Below, piece by piece: positions 23,687 to 37,278 of a stretch of 64,000 nt of DNA. The position numbers were made by a program, and so were the translations under genes. The notes beneath the pieces are model-generated. The model ran no database searches. It was given only the letters and a program-made list of their open reading frames with translations, and was not told where the DNA came from. This DNA is from Octopus sinensis (Eukaryota): assembly GCF_006345805.1 (NCBI RefSeq), contig NC_043001.1, forward strand, positions 131,874,001 to 131,938,000. Direction: 5' to 3'. Each line of letters opens with the position of its first letter. The stretch's first letter is position 1.

Positions 23687-25313
23687 ACATTTGTACACTG
23701 AATATTTTTCAGCATTTTGCATTGTCAACTAAGAAGACAACTAAAGCGAATTTTCTGCCCTATTTTCCCACAAGCGCCCAGACTTTTCTCAATCATTCTG
23801 TTTGTAAATTTAGCCATCCTGTGTCTCCTACTGAAAGATACAATTCTAGCATCTATTTTCCTCAAGCTTGCTTCACAGTTGTTGCGATAAGAACTGATGT
23901 GGCCAATTGCAGTTGTGAAGGCAGTGGTGAGCGTACTGGTGGCATTGGTGTTGTGCCGATTTTCAGCCAAGTCATTATTTAACTGTTTTGGCAATGTTAC
24001 TATTGTAGTTGTTGCTGTTTAACTGGTTGTTGTTACCACAGTACTAATAAGTAACTTCCACTACATCTATCATAGATTCCTCAGTGGTATCTGTGAGAGG
24101 TGGTGGTGGTGGTGTACTTTGGCAACTGTAAACAGGTGAGTTTCTGGTTGTGAAAGGCATGAGGGGGAAACTTTCTGTGGTAATCTCTCTTCCTTCAATG
24201 TTTGTCTCCCCACATCCTTTTGCCAACATATTGCCTTATTCATAGCCATATTTAAGTTTAGAAATTAAAAAACATTTTTTTCCAAAATATTTCTTTTTTA
24301 AAAAGCATAGCACCAATGGGACCAGAACAATGGAATCATCCAGCCTCTTATGGTCGTGGTCTGTTATGCAATGGAAAAAAATGCCATAACAAATTTTTAT
24401 AGAACAAACTATCAACAAAATTTTTCATAACTTATGGAGCAGCAAAAATATGTGGCACACAGTTCAACAACAACAACAACAATAATAAATAAGAACAACA
24501 ACAACAACAATAATAATTAAGAACAACAACAACAACGATACTAAAAATAATAAGCATAAAAACAAGAACAAGAATTTCTTTCATTTTCCACAAGAGCAGT
24601 GGTGGAAGGGACAATAATAATTTCTATAATTGGTCACAGCCAACAATAATACTGATAACGAAGTTGGATGGGTGGTGGTGATGAGAACAATGGCAAAGAT
24701 CATGAAGGTGATGATGATGACGAAGATGATGATGGTGATGAAGATGACGATGAAGATGATGATGTCAATGACGACAACAATGAAAAACAATGAAAAAAGA
24801 AAAAAGTAAATGTTTGAAAAAATCAACAACAAAAATGAGAGCCGTTGAAATTCATACCTTCAGTGGTTGTTGCTGTTGTTATTGTTATTGTTTTTGTTGT
24901 TGTTGTTGTTGTCAATGGAAACTGAGTGGCCTGCACTGGCAAATGAACTGAAATGAAAACAACCCTTACACCTTCTCTTGTTCATCCTCCCACCATCTTC
25001 TTGCTCCACTTCCACTCTTACCTTCCACCTCATCAGAAGTGACATGGACAGTTTAATCTCATTGTATTGTGAAAAGGAGGAGGTGGATATGAAGGGATGT
25101 GTGTGTGTGTGTGTGGGCATATGTGTATGTGTGTGTGTGGTGTGTGTGTAAGTGTACTATTGTATGTGATTGTGTATATATGAGGGCATATGTATGTGTT
25201 AAAATTATATAATAATAATAATTATTATAATAATGCATGCATGTGAAAGCATGTGTGTGTGTGTACGTGTTTGTGTGTGAGAGAGACAGAGAGAGAGAAG
25301 GGAAAGAAAGAGA

Positions 25314-25364
<51 letters not shown>

Positions 25365-25451
25365 TGTGTGTATGTGTGTGTGTGTGTGTGCAAATATATG
25401 TTTGCAAATGAGCTTTAACAATATGTGCCTATATGAAATGAAAGGATAATA

Positions 25452-25484
<33 letters not shown>

Positions 25485-25797
25485 ATGTATGCATTGTGTC
25501 TGCATGTGCGTGTATATTTGTTACTGCTTGTGTTACCTAATTTGATTACGTGTGTGTGTGTGTGTGTGTGTATGCATGTATGACCACGCAGGCTGAAATT
25601 ATACAAGACCGAGCATGTGCGTGTGCTAAAGACAACATAAGGGGTGATGGTGGGAGACATGAATTCTATACTAAAATAATATCGTAATGTGGGGGTGGTC
25701 ACAGGGAAGCTGGTGGCGGTGGAGGAGGAATGCTGGATGCTAAAATAATATCACAATACTTGTGTTTGTTTACTAAAATAATATCATAATGTGTGTA

Positions 25798-25851
<54 letters not shown>

Positions 25852-26449
25852 AAAATAATACCAGAATGCCTACATATGTGTGGATGAGTAAATATTCTGT
25901 GCGGGGTGGGGTTCAAGTGGGGGCAAACACGTGTGTGTGTGTGTGTGTATGCGTGTGTGTGTGTGTATGCGTGTGTGTGTGTTTGTGTGTGTGTGGTAGA
26001 GTGCATATATGTATGTGTATTAAATAAAGATTTCTCACATAGGCACAAGGCTTACAAATATGAAAAAGGTAAGAAAAAAAGTCTTATTGATTGAATCAAT
26101 TCCTCTTCAAGACATGTATTTGTATATAGTTTACATATCACTCAACGGTATGAAATGCGGAAAAATAAATCAACCATTGAAAGATTTGAACTCATAACCC
26201 ATTATGTCAGTGTCCTATTTTGTTTTGGGGATTTATTGAATTGTATCCCTTACTGTCCAGAGAAATGAAGGTTGACTTTGCCTTTCATCCTTTTGGAGTC
26301 GATGAAATTAATACGTGTTGAGCACTAGCGTCGCTGTCCTTGTACTAAAATTTGAAACAAATATCATTTTGACTTTATATTCGTTCCTTCACCTTGTTGG
26401 ATGAGGTTTGTGGGTAGTCAAAGTGTGCTCAAAAGAGAGACGCTGATCC

Positions 26450-26895
26450 ATCATCATCATCTTCATCATCGTCATCATCGTCGTCATCATTATCTTTTAA
26501 TGTCTGGTTTCAATGCTGGCACGAGTTGGACAGTTTTACAGGAGCTGGTAAGTCAGAGAGCTGCACCAGGTTCTAATCTGATTTAGCTTGATTTCTAAAG
26601 CTGGGTGCTTTTAGCGTGGCACCAGTATGAACACTTTTTCGTGATGCTGGCACAAATGCATTTTATGTGGCACTGACACAGATCTCTTGCAGGCCAGTCT
26701 TCTTCATCAGGAGGAGTGGTAATAACACTTCTGCTGTGTAAGACGGGTCTTCTTGAGTATAGCGAGGCGCCAGATATCTCGGTCCTTTGTCATCTCCTCC
26801 ATAAGTTTCAACGTCCTACGGTCATCCTATGTCTTCCTGGATCTCCCTCTTCTACGAGTTACTTCCAATTTGAGTGACTGACACTTCTTTATGGG
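26450..26895 (-). mobile_element. RTE-clade LINE 3' end (ORF C-terminus, 3' UTR, (GAT)n tail)
   Basis: Reverse translation GRSRKT*...EEMTKDRDIWRLAI, followed by the GTGCCACATAAAA tail and (GAT)n. Confidence 0.65.
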
Positions 26896-28144
26896 GTTGT
26901 CAATAAGGTATCAGATTATCAGTTGTGAGTCTGGTAGTTCTTGTTATGTTATTGGCACTACATTGTGTTTAGAGACTTTGTGTTTTAGAATCTTATCAAA
27001 TCTTTATGAGTCTGTGGTGCATTGGAAATCAAAGAAAACATAATTGGGGAACTTGATATGGAAAGTTTTAAATTAATGGTAAACTTTATCTGTGTAGTTA
27101 TTCAAACCCTCATCACGAGATAATCAGTTAGGCATCATGAATGAGTCACCACAATTTCACGAGATCTGTAAACCAACCAATCGGCGAAAAGTTTTGACAT
27201 GATATGGTTCCTCAGATATTCTAGAATTTTACCTCTTGTCACCCCATAAAAACCATTTGGCACCTAACTTAGCAGGCAGACAACCCCCGACATTCAAGCA
27301 GGCAGTTTGTGACAGTTGCGCAGACAACTTTGGTTAGTTGGGCAGAATAATTCTGGACATTCACATAGTGTCTCATAAGTGACTTCTATGGACACAGTGA
27401 GGTTTTTCTCTCCTCCCAGTCAGCAATTGTATCGTATATTTTTTCACTTTACTTAACCAACACCAAATATGTCTGGCAATGAATATTAAAATTAAAGTTT
27501 TGTGACTTTGCTTCAGTTATTCACGTAGCCAATGACATTCGCATGTACACTACAATAATGGTAATAAAGCCATCCATTGCAACAATGGAGTCAGACGTTT
27601 AGAATATATCATCATTAACCAGCTCGATGTGAGTGACCAAGTAACACCACGAGACTAGGAAAGTAAAAAAATTAATGTTGCACTTCAAATAGAAAGTTTC
27701 AAATTAATGGTGAACTTTACATGGAAAGTTAAAAGTTAATGATGCATTTTGGATGGAAAGATGAAATTACTGATGTGTATTACAGAAAAAGTTAAGTGAG
27801 ACTATTCTCTGCACATGCGTTTTCCCATAAGGGGCATTTATAACTATAACTTGATATTACTTAGCAGAGATGGAAATTTTAATTTTAAATGAAGGAAATA
27901 CAAGGAAAAAGATGCATAGAATTCACATATTTATTTTTTCGTTTACTAATTACACAATTCTTAAACTTTCCAGGCAGTGTATAGCACTATTTCATTCTTT
28001 TGAGAAATCATCTGCATTTCTCAATCTGTTATTCATTAATTAAGCATTCTATGAGGCAAGGCATTTCTTATAGATGGAAAATAATTAGTCCAGAAGTAAT
28101 TCAGGTAAATGTACTTTTCAATTTTTACTTCCTCATTGAACGTT

Positions 28145-28307
28145 CATCATCATTGTTCGACCGTGGTCGAGACAATGGAATTTACCATGCTACGCCAGAC
28201 TTCACGGTCCATCATGACATTACGGAGGTCCTGTTGCTGGATGCCTGTATCCCTGGAGATTACATCAGGGTAGGAGAGTGTACGCCCTCTGGTATTGCGA
28301 GTAGTAA
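28145..28307 (-). mobile_element. 5'-truncated RTE-like LINE 3' end
   Basis: RGRTLSYPDVISRDTG...MMDREVWRSMVN...* then TGATGATG; 8-bp TSD TGAACGTT at 28137-28144 and 28308-28315. Confidence 0.75.
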
Positions 28308-28842
28308 TGAACGTTAGTAATTTGCCATCAAAATAAAAGAGAAGGCTCTTCGTGTTTACACACAGGATAACCAACTCCAAGGAATTCTACCGCATGAAGG
28401 TGCTTTAAACTATTCAATATATTTTAGCTTTAACTACAGAAATGATTCACAAGCTGTTTTTGATATATTCTTTCAGGTGTACAATATATATTTCAAGGTG
28501 CTGCATCGATACGTAATGGAAAAGGTATCATTTTGTAAGCATCATACTTTGACCGCATTTTCAATGGCTTGCTTTCAAATTCAGTGCCAGAGTTTTTCAA
28601 ACACGTGTTTTTCCCAGTGGACAGTTATTACAAGGGAGATAATAATTTCCTTAGAATATTTGGTGTGCTAAGAAATTTTAATTTGAAATTAAGTAGTTAT
28701 AAGTTAAACTATGTTTTATATTACAACTTTAGAATCAGATGCAGAATACTATTTCTTAGATTTTCTTTATCATACTTATATATAACAAAATTATAAAGAA
28801 CATACTTTTCTAGACAACCAAGCATTAATATTTCTCTTTTTT

Positions 28843-29052
28843 ATACTCTTTTACTTATTTCAGTCATTTGACTGCGGCCATGCTGGAGCACCGCCTTTAG
28901 TCGAGCAAATCAACCCCGGGACTTATTCTTTGTAAGCCCAGTACTTATTCTATCGGTCTCTTTTGCCGAACCGCTAAGTAACGGGGACGTAAACACACCA
29001 GCATCGGTTGTCAAGCAATGCTAAGGGGACAAACACAGACACACAAACACAT

Positions 29053-29097
<45 letters not shown>

Positions 29098-29260
29098 ACA
29101 GGCTTCTTTCAGTTTCCGTCTACCAAATCCACTCACAAGGCATTGGTCGGCCCGGGGCTATAGCAGAAGACACTTGCCCAAGATGCCACGCAGTGGGACA
29201 GAACCCGGAACCATGTGTTTGGTTAGCAAGCTACTTACCACACAGCCACTCCTACGCCTA
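28843..29260 (-). mobile_element. SINE family A
   Basis: Full copy. Confidence 0.9.
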
Positions 29261-29617
29261 CGTTGAATTATATTTTTGAAAATCTGAGGTACACTTTGAA
29301 ACTTCATGACACTATAGTCAGTATCTATGATCTCTTTGTGAGACTTCCAGGAATGATATGAGAAAAACAAAATAGAAGACAATACAACCAACGGGATGCT
29401 AAAGTAGGAAGCAGTATATTAAAATATAGAGTTATTTAATCGGTTGATATAAAGATCTTCAACCGTTAACAAAAACAAAAACAAAAAATCAGCCTGTGTA
29501 GAAAACGAACATCACAAAAAACAAATTGCGCAAACGAACCTGGTGGGGTGGGGACAGACTTTCGGAAAATTCCCAAGATCTGGTTTTTCCGTCATAACTT
29601 TCGGGAAAATGGATATA

Positions 29618-30040
29618 TAGGCGCAGGAGTGGCTGTGTGGTAAGTAGCTTGCTAACCAACCACATGGTTCCGGGTTCAGCCCCACTGCGTGGCATCTTGG
29701 GCAAGTGTCTTCTACTATAGCCTCGGGCCGACCAAAGCATAGTGAGTGGATTTGGTAGACGGAAACTGAAAGAAGCCTGTCGTATATATGTATATATATA
29801 TATATATATGTATGTATGTGTGTGTTTGTGTGTCTGTGTTTGTCCCCTTAGCATTGCTTGACAACCGATGCTGGTGTATTTACGTCCCCGTTACTTAGCG
29901 GTTCGCCAAAAAGAGACCGATAGAATAAGTACTAGGCTTACAAAGAATAAGTCCCGGGGTCGATTTGCTCGACTAAAGGCGGTGCTCCAGCATAGCCCCA
30001 GTCAAATGACTGAAACAAGTAAAAGAAAAGTAAAAGAAAA
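29618..30040 (+). mobile_element. SINE family A
   Basis: Full copy; inverted relative to 28843-29260. Confidence 0.9.
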
Positions 30041-30159
30041 AATATATTGATTTGGTTTTTTTTTACGGAATCCCACGTTTTTGGTTATGGAGGATCCGAT
30101 TCTGAAAAAAGTTTTCAAAAATCGCATTTTCAAATTTTCAGTTATCCGTCCTTGGCCTT

Positions 30160-30605
30160 CAAGCAGGCTATCTACATGCTAGAACTTACTTGTTTTTCTA
30201 CAATACACCATAAATGTTCAATAACATTGTGATCTGGGGACTGTGGTGGCCAGATAAAATGTTCAACTTCACTAGAATGATCCTCGTGCAATTCAGTAAC
30301 AACTTTAGTTGTGTGAATTAGTGCATTATCATCGTGAAAGATTGCGTTTCCCTCCGGAAACGGTTCCGCAATCATAGAATGATTTTGATCAGATAAAATG
30401 CTTAAATAGTCTTGGCTATTAATTCTGCCATGAAGGGAAAATAGTGGGCCAGTGGATCCCCAAGATACAGCCCCTTCCTCCTGATCATCACAGATCCTCC
30501 TCCATGTTTAACAGCTGGTAGAAGGCAGTCTGGGTCGAATGTTTCTTTTGGCTGTCTCAACACGTATACTCGGCCGGTGATCGGAAATAAGGTAAAAGAT
30601 GACTC
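30160..30605 (-). pseudogene. Tc1-family DD34E transposase fragment
   Basis: VKHGGGSVM...IFHDDNALIH...WPPQSPDHNVIEHLW catalytic motifs; frameshifted and truncated. Confidence 0.85.
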
Positions 30606-31038
30606 TTATATTCTTGAAATCACTTTCAGTTAAAAATATTTCTAATTGATTAAAATATTGCGTACGTCAAAAATTCGACGTTTTTGTTTTCTTAGAGCGC
30701 GCGAAAACTAAGTGTCTGTATATGTCACAAATATCTGATGTGTGTTTGTGTTGATTGACACCCCATGACAATATGTGTGTGTATTCTGTATGTGTGTTGA
30801 CGTCACGGAAGCTATGTTTTATTATGTCAAGAAATAACAAACAAAAGTTGTGTTTTTTCATTAATAAATGGAGGTCCAAATATCACAATTTTTTTTTACT
30901 TCACTGCCGATTGTAAGTATGTAAATAAATATGCAAATGAAAATGTAAAATATACTATTTCTGAGATATTTCGGGTACACACAAGCATCTTTATAGTTTT
31001 AATATTATTAATACACACACACACACACACACACACAC

Positions 31039-31084
<46 letters not shown>

Positions 31085-31620
31085 ATTGATAATTATTCCA
31101 AATTAATTAATTTCACCCTTCATTGTTACTGATAACCATATTCATCCCAGTAAATGACCACAGCACTTTGTCTTGGCTACACGCGGGTGGGAAGGGACTG
31201 GTGACACAAACTTTCATTCAAACTTTGAATTTGGTGATACTGGCTGTGGCTTCTAGCTCGCTCTGATACTGAGTTGAGTTGGTGCCTTCTAGTATCTCAA
31301 AATTCAATATACAATCATTCATGATTGTTCGTATCCTGCGCTGATGAGAGAAGAAGTATGGGTAAGGTAGAATTATCTAATTCTTATACTTTCCTAAGAC
31401 TTGATCTCGAAACGTACGTCCGTAGGTGACTTAAAACTGTATGATAGATTGCCGTTAATTCATTCTCTCTTACCTGTTTGTGTTTTGCCTTTCAAATGCT
31501 GTGTTTTTGCTGAGATCTCCCTTTTAGTAGAAGAAATAGCTATAATCTCTTTGACTGCTATTTCTAAATTCGGTGTGCGGTAAGGCAATTCGTTGCTAAA
31601 CCCTTAATTGCTTAGTATAA
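31085..31620 (+). mobile_element. Retrozyme-like monomer, diverged homologue of the 13158-14785 unit, between TA arrays
   Basis: Shares AATTAATTAATTT-ACCCTT, CACG(C/T)GGGT(G/A)GG and ACTGCTATTTCTA(A/G)ATT(T)CGGT blocks in the same order around a hammerhead. Confidence 0.7.
31335..31426 (+). ncRNA. Type I hammerhead ribozyme
   Basis: CCUGCG CUGAUGA GAGA[long hairpin]UCUC GAAA CGUACG UC CGUAGG: 6-bp stem I, palindromic ACGUACGU stem III, GUC at 31418-31420. Confidence 0.9.
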
Positions 31621-31645
31621 TATATATATATATATATATATGTCC

Positions 31646-31681
31646 CTTTCTGTAGAAGAGCGTAGGCTCGAAACGTAAAAG
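31646..31681 (+). ncRNA. Minimal type I hammerhead-like motif, variant core CUGUAGA (in repeat 31642-31773)
   Basis: CUUU CUGUAGA A GAGC GUAG GCUC GAAA CG UA AAAG. Confidence 0.55.
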
Positions 31682-31769
31682 ACTTTTTCAATTTCTGAGC
31701 GTTATACTAATACATCTGTTTGTTTTGTACACCACCTGTCTTCGTCTTTTGTTTTTTTCGTGAACTCTC

Positions 31770-31816
<47 letters not shown>

Positions 31817-31822
<6 letters not shown>

Positions 31823-32073
31823 TCGCCATACTATATGGCGTCTTATAAAATATAGACTAAAGCTGTCGCTGATTAGCTCCAAGAGGCCACCGCTTCAAGC
31901 TAGCTATTTGACACACAACCTGCGTCCATTATAAACCTTCTTGGAGCTAATAAGCGACAGCTTTAGTATTATATTTATAAGACTGCCATATAACTATGAC
32001 CATAACTATTAATTCAGTAACGCCGCGCCGTAATCTCCTTTAGAGAGACTTAGTAATTTTAAATTTCTATTAA
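31817..32073 (+). mobile_element. Fold-back element, second copy
   Basis: Arms ...CTAAAGCTGTCGCTGATTAGCTCCAAGA / TCTTGGAGCTAATAAGCGACAGCTTTAG...; same tail as 16209-16435. Confidence 0.75.
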
Positions 32074-32081
32074 TATATATA

Positions 32082-32490
32082 TAGGCGCAGAGTGGCTGTG
32101 TGGTAAGTAGCTTGCTAACCAACCACATGGTTCCGGGTTCAGTCCCACTGCGTGGCATCTTGGGCAAGTGTCTTCTGCTATAGCTCCGGGCCGACCAAAG
32201 CCTTGTGAGTGGATTGGTAGACGGAAACTGAAAGAAGCCTGTCGTATATATGGTGTGTGTGTGTGTGTGTGTGTGTGTTTTGTGTGTTCTGTGTTTGGTC
32301 CCGTAGCATTGCTTGACAACCGATGCTGGTGTGTTTACGTCCCCGTTACTTAGCGGTTCGGCAAAAGAGACCGATAGAATAAGTACTGGGCTTACAACGA
32401 ATAAGTCCCGGAGTCGATTTGCTCGACTAAAGGCGGTGCTCCAGCATGGCTGCAGTCAAATGACTGAAACAAGTAAAAGAGTAAAGAGTA
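32082..32490 (+). mobile_element. SINE family A
   Basis: Full copy. Confidence 0.9.
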
Positions 32491-32507
32491 TATATATATA
32501 TATATAT

Positions 32508-32537
<30 letters not shown>

Positions 32538-32544
<7 letters not shown>

Positions 32545-32720
32545 TGCTGAAAAGTTCCTGGCTTTTAGGGTATCACGAAAAGCCTGCTTGGAGGCCAACC
32601 TTCCGAGTTCTTTTACAGGGCCTAGAAAAACTGAAGGACCACTGCAATAAGTATATGGATCTAAGAGGGAAATACGTTGAATAAAATCATAATTAACTGA
32701 TTCTTCCGTATTTTCTTTTG
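32538..32720 (+). mobile_element. Internally deleted mariner derivative
   Basis: Mariner-type terminus CGAGGGGTGCTGAAAAGTTCC joined to the transposase C-terminus GLEKLKDHCNKYMDLRGKYVE*. Confidence 0.65.
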
Positions 32721-33659
32721 TGGAAGATTCCCATCCTGACTCGTGGATGGCTTTAGTGAAATCCAGTCTGTTGCAAGCATTTGAGCCAGGTTTCCTCTCA
32801 ATAATCTCAGAGATTCTGTGAAAGATCGAAGGCGCTGCTCTTTCTCATCTGACTAATCCTTATATCCATAGTGATGTTCATCCATTGCCACACTATTGAG
32901 ATGTGGCAGACCTTATTCTCTGAGAGCTTACTACCGACCACTCTTTAGTATTTGTACATTTTTGTGTATTTTTAACAGGTTATGATGGGTTTTTCTAACT
33001 TACTATTACTGTTGATGATGAGGATGTTGATAATGATGCTGCTGATACCCATGATACTGCTGCTGCTACGGACGATGATGATGATGATGATGATAAAGAC
33101 GATCATGATGATTTTTGTTCACACGCAACAAAAAAAAAGAAACCACAGTCAGACGATATCACATTTTCCATTCCTGTCGAATGCAGTTTGTCAGAGAGTG
33201 CAACAATTATGCATAACTCGTTGGTGGTTTATGAAAACAAGCAGACAAATCAATTATAATCTAAAATATATTTCTCAGAACTGTTAAAATCCTGAAACAA
33301 TGGCACAGCATTTTGGCGCCTAGCTCTTAACATTAAATAATTTTGGTTAATTTTCTCCGCACTCTACTGTTTCAACTCGTACAAACTGATTTCATAACAT
33401 ATAACACATCATTCACATTAGTGATTTCTCCTCTGGGGATTCTATATGTATGAGTTTTTTTGTATGCGTTTCTACGAATGTGTGTGTGTGTATGTGTGCA
33501 TTGTATTTATTTGTGATGGCTGCAAAAACTGTGATAGTGATTATGGCAGTTGTGGTGGTGATAGGTTACGTAAGATATGTGTATGTATGTAATTATAAGT
33601 ATAACAATCTATGTCTATGCGTGCCGATGTGTGTGCATGTATGTGTGACAGATTGTTGG

Positions 33660-34648
33660 TTCAGATGTTCTGCATCCCAACTTCTACGTTCATGCACGCA
33701 GAAGGATCTCTCACAACCGTACGAAAAAGGGTTTATTAGTAGCATCCAGACCAAAGGTACTCCACTCGCAAGACCTCAGCGGTGAATCAGGTGGATAAAG
33801 TTACTTAACTCAACAGCCGTGAAAACGAATGGAGGCTGCAACAGATTTTACAACTATAATTGTCCTGGTTTCCTTGCCACTGGGTCCAGTTGGCAGATTC
33901 GTGAAGGATTGTGTGTTTCTTGGAGCTCAGCAAGTACACGTTTAACAACATCACGCACACCCATATTTGTTTAAAACAAAGCAAAAAGTCTTTTGGTGAA
34001 CATAGAAAAGTTGCGGGAGCAGTCTGGTGATAGCTGGAAGCTCTTAGTCACGAACCGATATGGAAGCGAAAAATACTGGATTCGGTCGTTCAGTTTTTGG
34101 AAATAAAGCAGGGAAGTTGTTTGGTAGCGGTATTCTCGACTGTGCAGCCTTCTTTAGGATACGCGCTTCACGCACTAAAACCTGGAGGAGGCAAGAAAAG
34201 GTGCCCTAAACATAATCAGCTCCAGTTTAGCCTATTTGGAAAACCGCTTCTAGAAGGATTCGCCAACATGACGTCGAAAAGCTACAGGACATCAAACAAT
34301 GAAATTCGAAACATGGAACATTTGAACTCTTTCAAGCCTGTCCAAGTTTGGACAGGCCTGAAAGAAGAACTGCCTTTGTAGCTTGCGAAACTTCAAAAGT
34401 TCAACTGTGGAATTTTTCTCCCTGTGAAACTAGAAGAGCAGGAGAGGGACGACTCAAAGAGAAACCCGGCCAATACACTTTCTTTTGGAAAGGTTTTGAT
34501 CCTGAATAACATAGGACCTATGGTGTGAGATTTGCTATCTGAAACAGCCTGCTTTGCAAAGTAACTGAGTAACCTCATGGAATCAACGAACGATTTTTGG
34601 TAATGAGGATTATGCTTCGTAGAAATTGACACGCCGCCATCATCAGTG
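33660..34648 (+). pseudogene. RTE-clade LINE 5' region with decayed AP-endonuclease start (from ~34299)
   Basis: MKFETWNI*TL...RPERRTAFVA...ETRRAGEGRLKE..GQYTFFWKG...GVRFAI...PHGINERFLVMR...AAIISA, with stops and frameshifts. The 5' boundary is approximate. Confidence 0.8.
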
Positions 34649-34850
34649 CAGGAATTTCGAGGGAGAGATAAGTCAACTACATCGACTCCAGTGCTCAACT
34701 GATACTATTTTATTGACCTCGAAAGACAAAGTTAGTCTCGGTGAGATTTGAACACAGAACATAAAGACGGACAAAACACCACTAAGCATTTTGTCCTTGC
34801 TGACTTTTCTGTTAGGTTACTGCCTTAAAATAATTATAATTATAATAAAC

Positions 34851-35390
34851 GCCCTGATGCAGTATCAGGCACGATCTCTCATGGTTTTTGATCTTAACTG
34901 ATTGGAAGCGTTATCATGTACGTGCCTTGGTATGAAAGATGGGCTACAGCAAATATTCTGCTCAATACCACAGATTTGCTTGTCAGTTGTTTGACCTTAA
35001 CCAGTTGAGCATGTCCCTTGGTGGCTGAAGATATGTGCAACTTTGATCACGAACAGAAGTAGCGGGGGAGAATCATAAGCCATGTGTCGTGAGAAATTAT
35101 TTGGGGTTTCAATAAACCACCTCTGGAAGCATGGGTGTTTCGGTCAACAACTATCACAAACCTTACTCAGGGACCTTTTGAGCGGGCTACTCGACCTGAA
35201 GAAAATTCTGTGTCCTACCTGGAAGATTATGCGCTGTTTAACTTGATAAAGGATCACCATGTCGCGTATATATGGCTGTGGTGCATGTGCCAGGTGTACC
35301 CTTATCAGATGGGTAGTCACGATCGGTATACTGGGCTTCGTATATTTTACCCAAGTATCACTGTGGCGGCATGCACTGCTCCCTCACTCA
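34851..35390 (+). mobile_element. Repeat family C, longest copy
   Basis: Homologous to 22110-22495 and 49828-50343; AAT-rich flanks. Confidence 0.8.
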
Positions 35391-35608
35391 ATAATGATAA
35401 TTTCAAATTTTGGCACAAAGCCAGCAAGATCGGGTGAAGGGGTGGATCTATTTCATCAACCCTAATGCTCAGCTGGTACTTTATCAAACTTTAAAAGGAT
35501 GAATGGCAAAGTCAACCTCGACGGAATTTGAACTCAGAACATAAAGACGGACGAAATGGTGGTAAGCATTTTCCCCGGCGTGCTAACGATCCTGCTAGCT
35601 AGCCGCCT

Positions 35609-35681
<73 letters not shown>

Positions 35682-36038
35682 TAATAGTAATTACTATTAT
35701 TATATTTTTATTTTTTTATTGACGTTTTTGTCATAATATTCTTCTTGGCTTCTTAGATGAGACATTTTCGTTACACTTTCCTATTCCAGTTCAACGCCAG
35801 ACCAAACTCCTCCACCATGATAGCAGATACACGAAGAAAGGTTATATGATCTTTTTTTTCTTCCTATTATGTTGTAACAGAAATATTCTTTCTGATTACA
35901 TTGTAAAAATTGTCTTTCTTCAACTTTAATTGTCAGATGTTCTAATCAGATATGTGTTTCGTGGTCGTTTATCTTACGTATATCAAAATACACCACCATG
36001 TGTATGTTTATATATATATATATATATATAATATATAT

Positions 36039-36104
<66 letters not shown>

Positions 36105-36342
36105 TGTATAAATATATATATATATATATATAAATGCGTATGCATGTATGTATGTATGTATGATGATATCTGAAAAGAAACAGCAATTTGGCAAAACATA
36201 TTAAGCAACACTAACAATAAATAAAATAAAACATAAAAATAAACAGGCTTCTGACGGTTTTATAGATATTTCAAAATTATGATGCTATGATGCTAGGTCT
36301 TTCCATTATTTTGTCCCATCACTGTATGTATATGTATATATA

Positions 36343-36427
<85 letters not shown>

Positions 36428-36430
<3 letters not shown>

Positions 36431-36570
36431 CCTTCTATTGGACTTTCCTCTGTTCCGAAAAAGAGCGTCTGCTCGAAACGTTAAACCATCTTTCTTTCCA
36501 TCCCTGAGCGTCTGCTAATACTTTACATGTACCACGTCCTCGCGTTATTGTTGTTTTGGTGTTTTTTTAA
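36428..36570 (+). mobile_element. (TA)n-embedded repeat with decayed minimal hammerhead
   Basis: tgtt CCGAAAA a gagc gtct gctc GAAA CG TT aaac at 36452-36486. Confidence 0.55.
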
Positions 36571-37227
36571 TTTAATATATATATGTATATATATATATAT
36601 TATATATATATATATATATATAGATATATGTACATATATACAAGTATATATATATATATATATATATATATACTTGTATGTACTTATAAGTATATATATA
36701 TGTGTGTATGTGTAAATATATATGTATGTGTGTGTGCATATGTATATGTACATACATACATACAAATCTGTGTCTCTCTCTCCCTATACATATACCTATG
36801 CACACACACTCACATGCTCTCACAACAAGCAAGCATATTTTCATGATGTGCTTTCATATGATATAAATCTGATACGTATTACAGCACATATGAAAATTTA
36901 TAGTGATATATCGACTGAATGTTTGTTTATCTTTTAGACCCTATGAATCATCTACTTTAACTGACAGAACAATTCAACCTATAATGCACAAGGCTGAGAA
37001 CAAAGACCACTACCACAGACAACAACAACAACAACAGCAATAACAATTATAAAGTACATAACAAAGTAAATCAATAATTATATAAATATATGACACACAT
37101 AATTCTTGCAATTAATTTGGCACTGCTAAATCGTCTAGCTAACCATTACCTTTTTGAAAAGGTTCAATAGATTAATAGGTATACAACAAATGTTGTTGTT
37201 GTTATTGTCCATGAGGATGTTCCTATT

Positions 37228-37278
<51 letters not shown>

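Noticed and set aside
23725-24249. Short minus-strand ORFs in unique sequence (e.g. ...STPPPPPLTDTTEESMIDVVEVTY)
   Set aside because: No recognisable domain, in-frame stop just upstream and no good splice acceptor.
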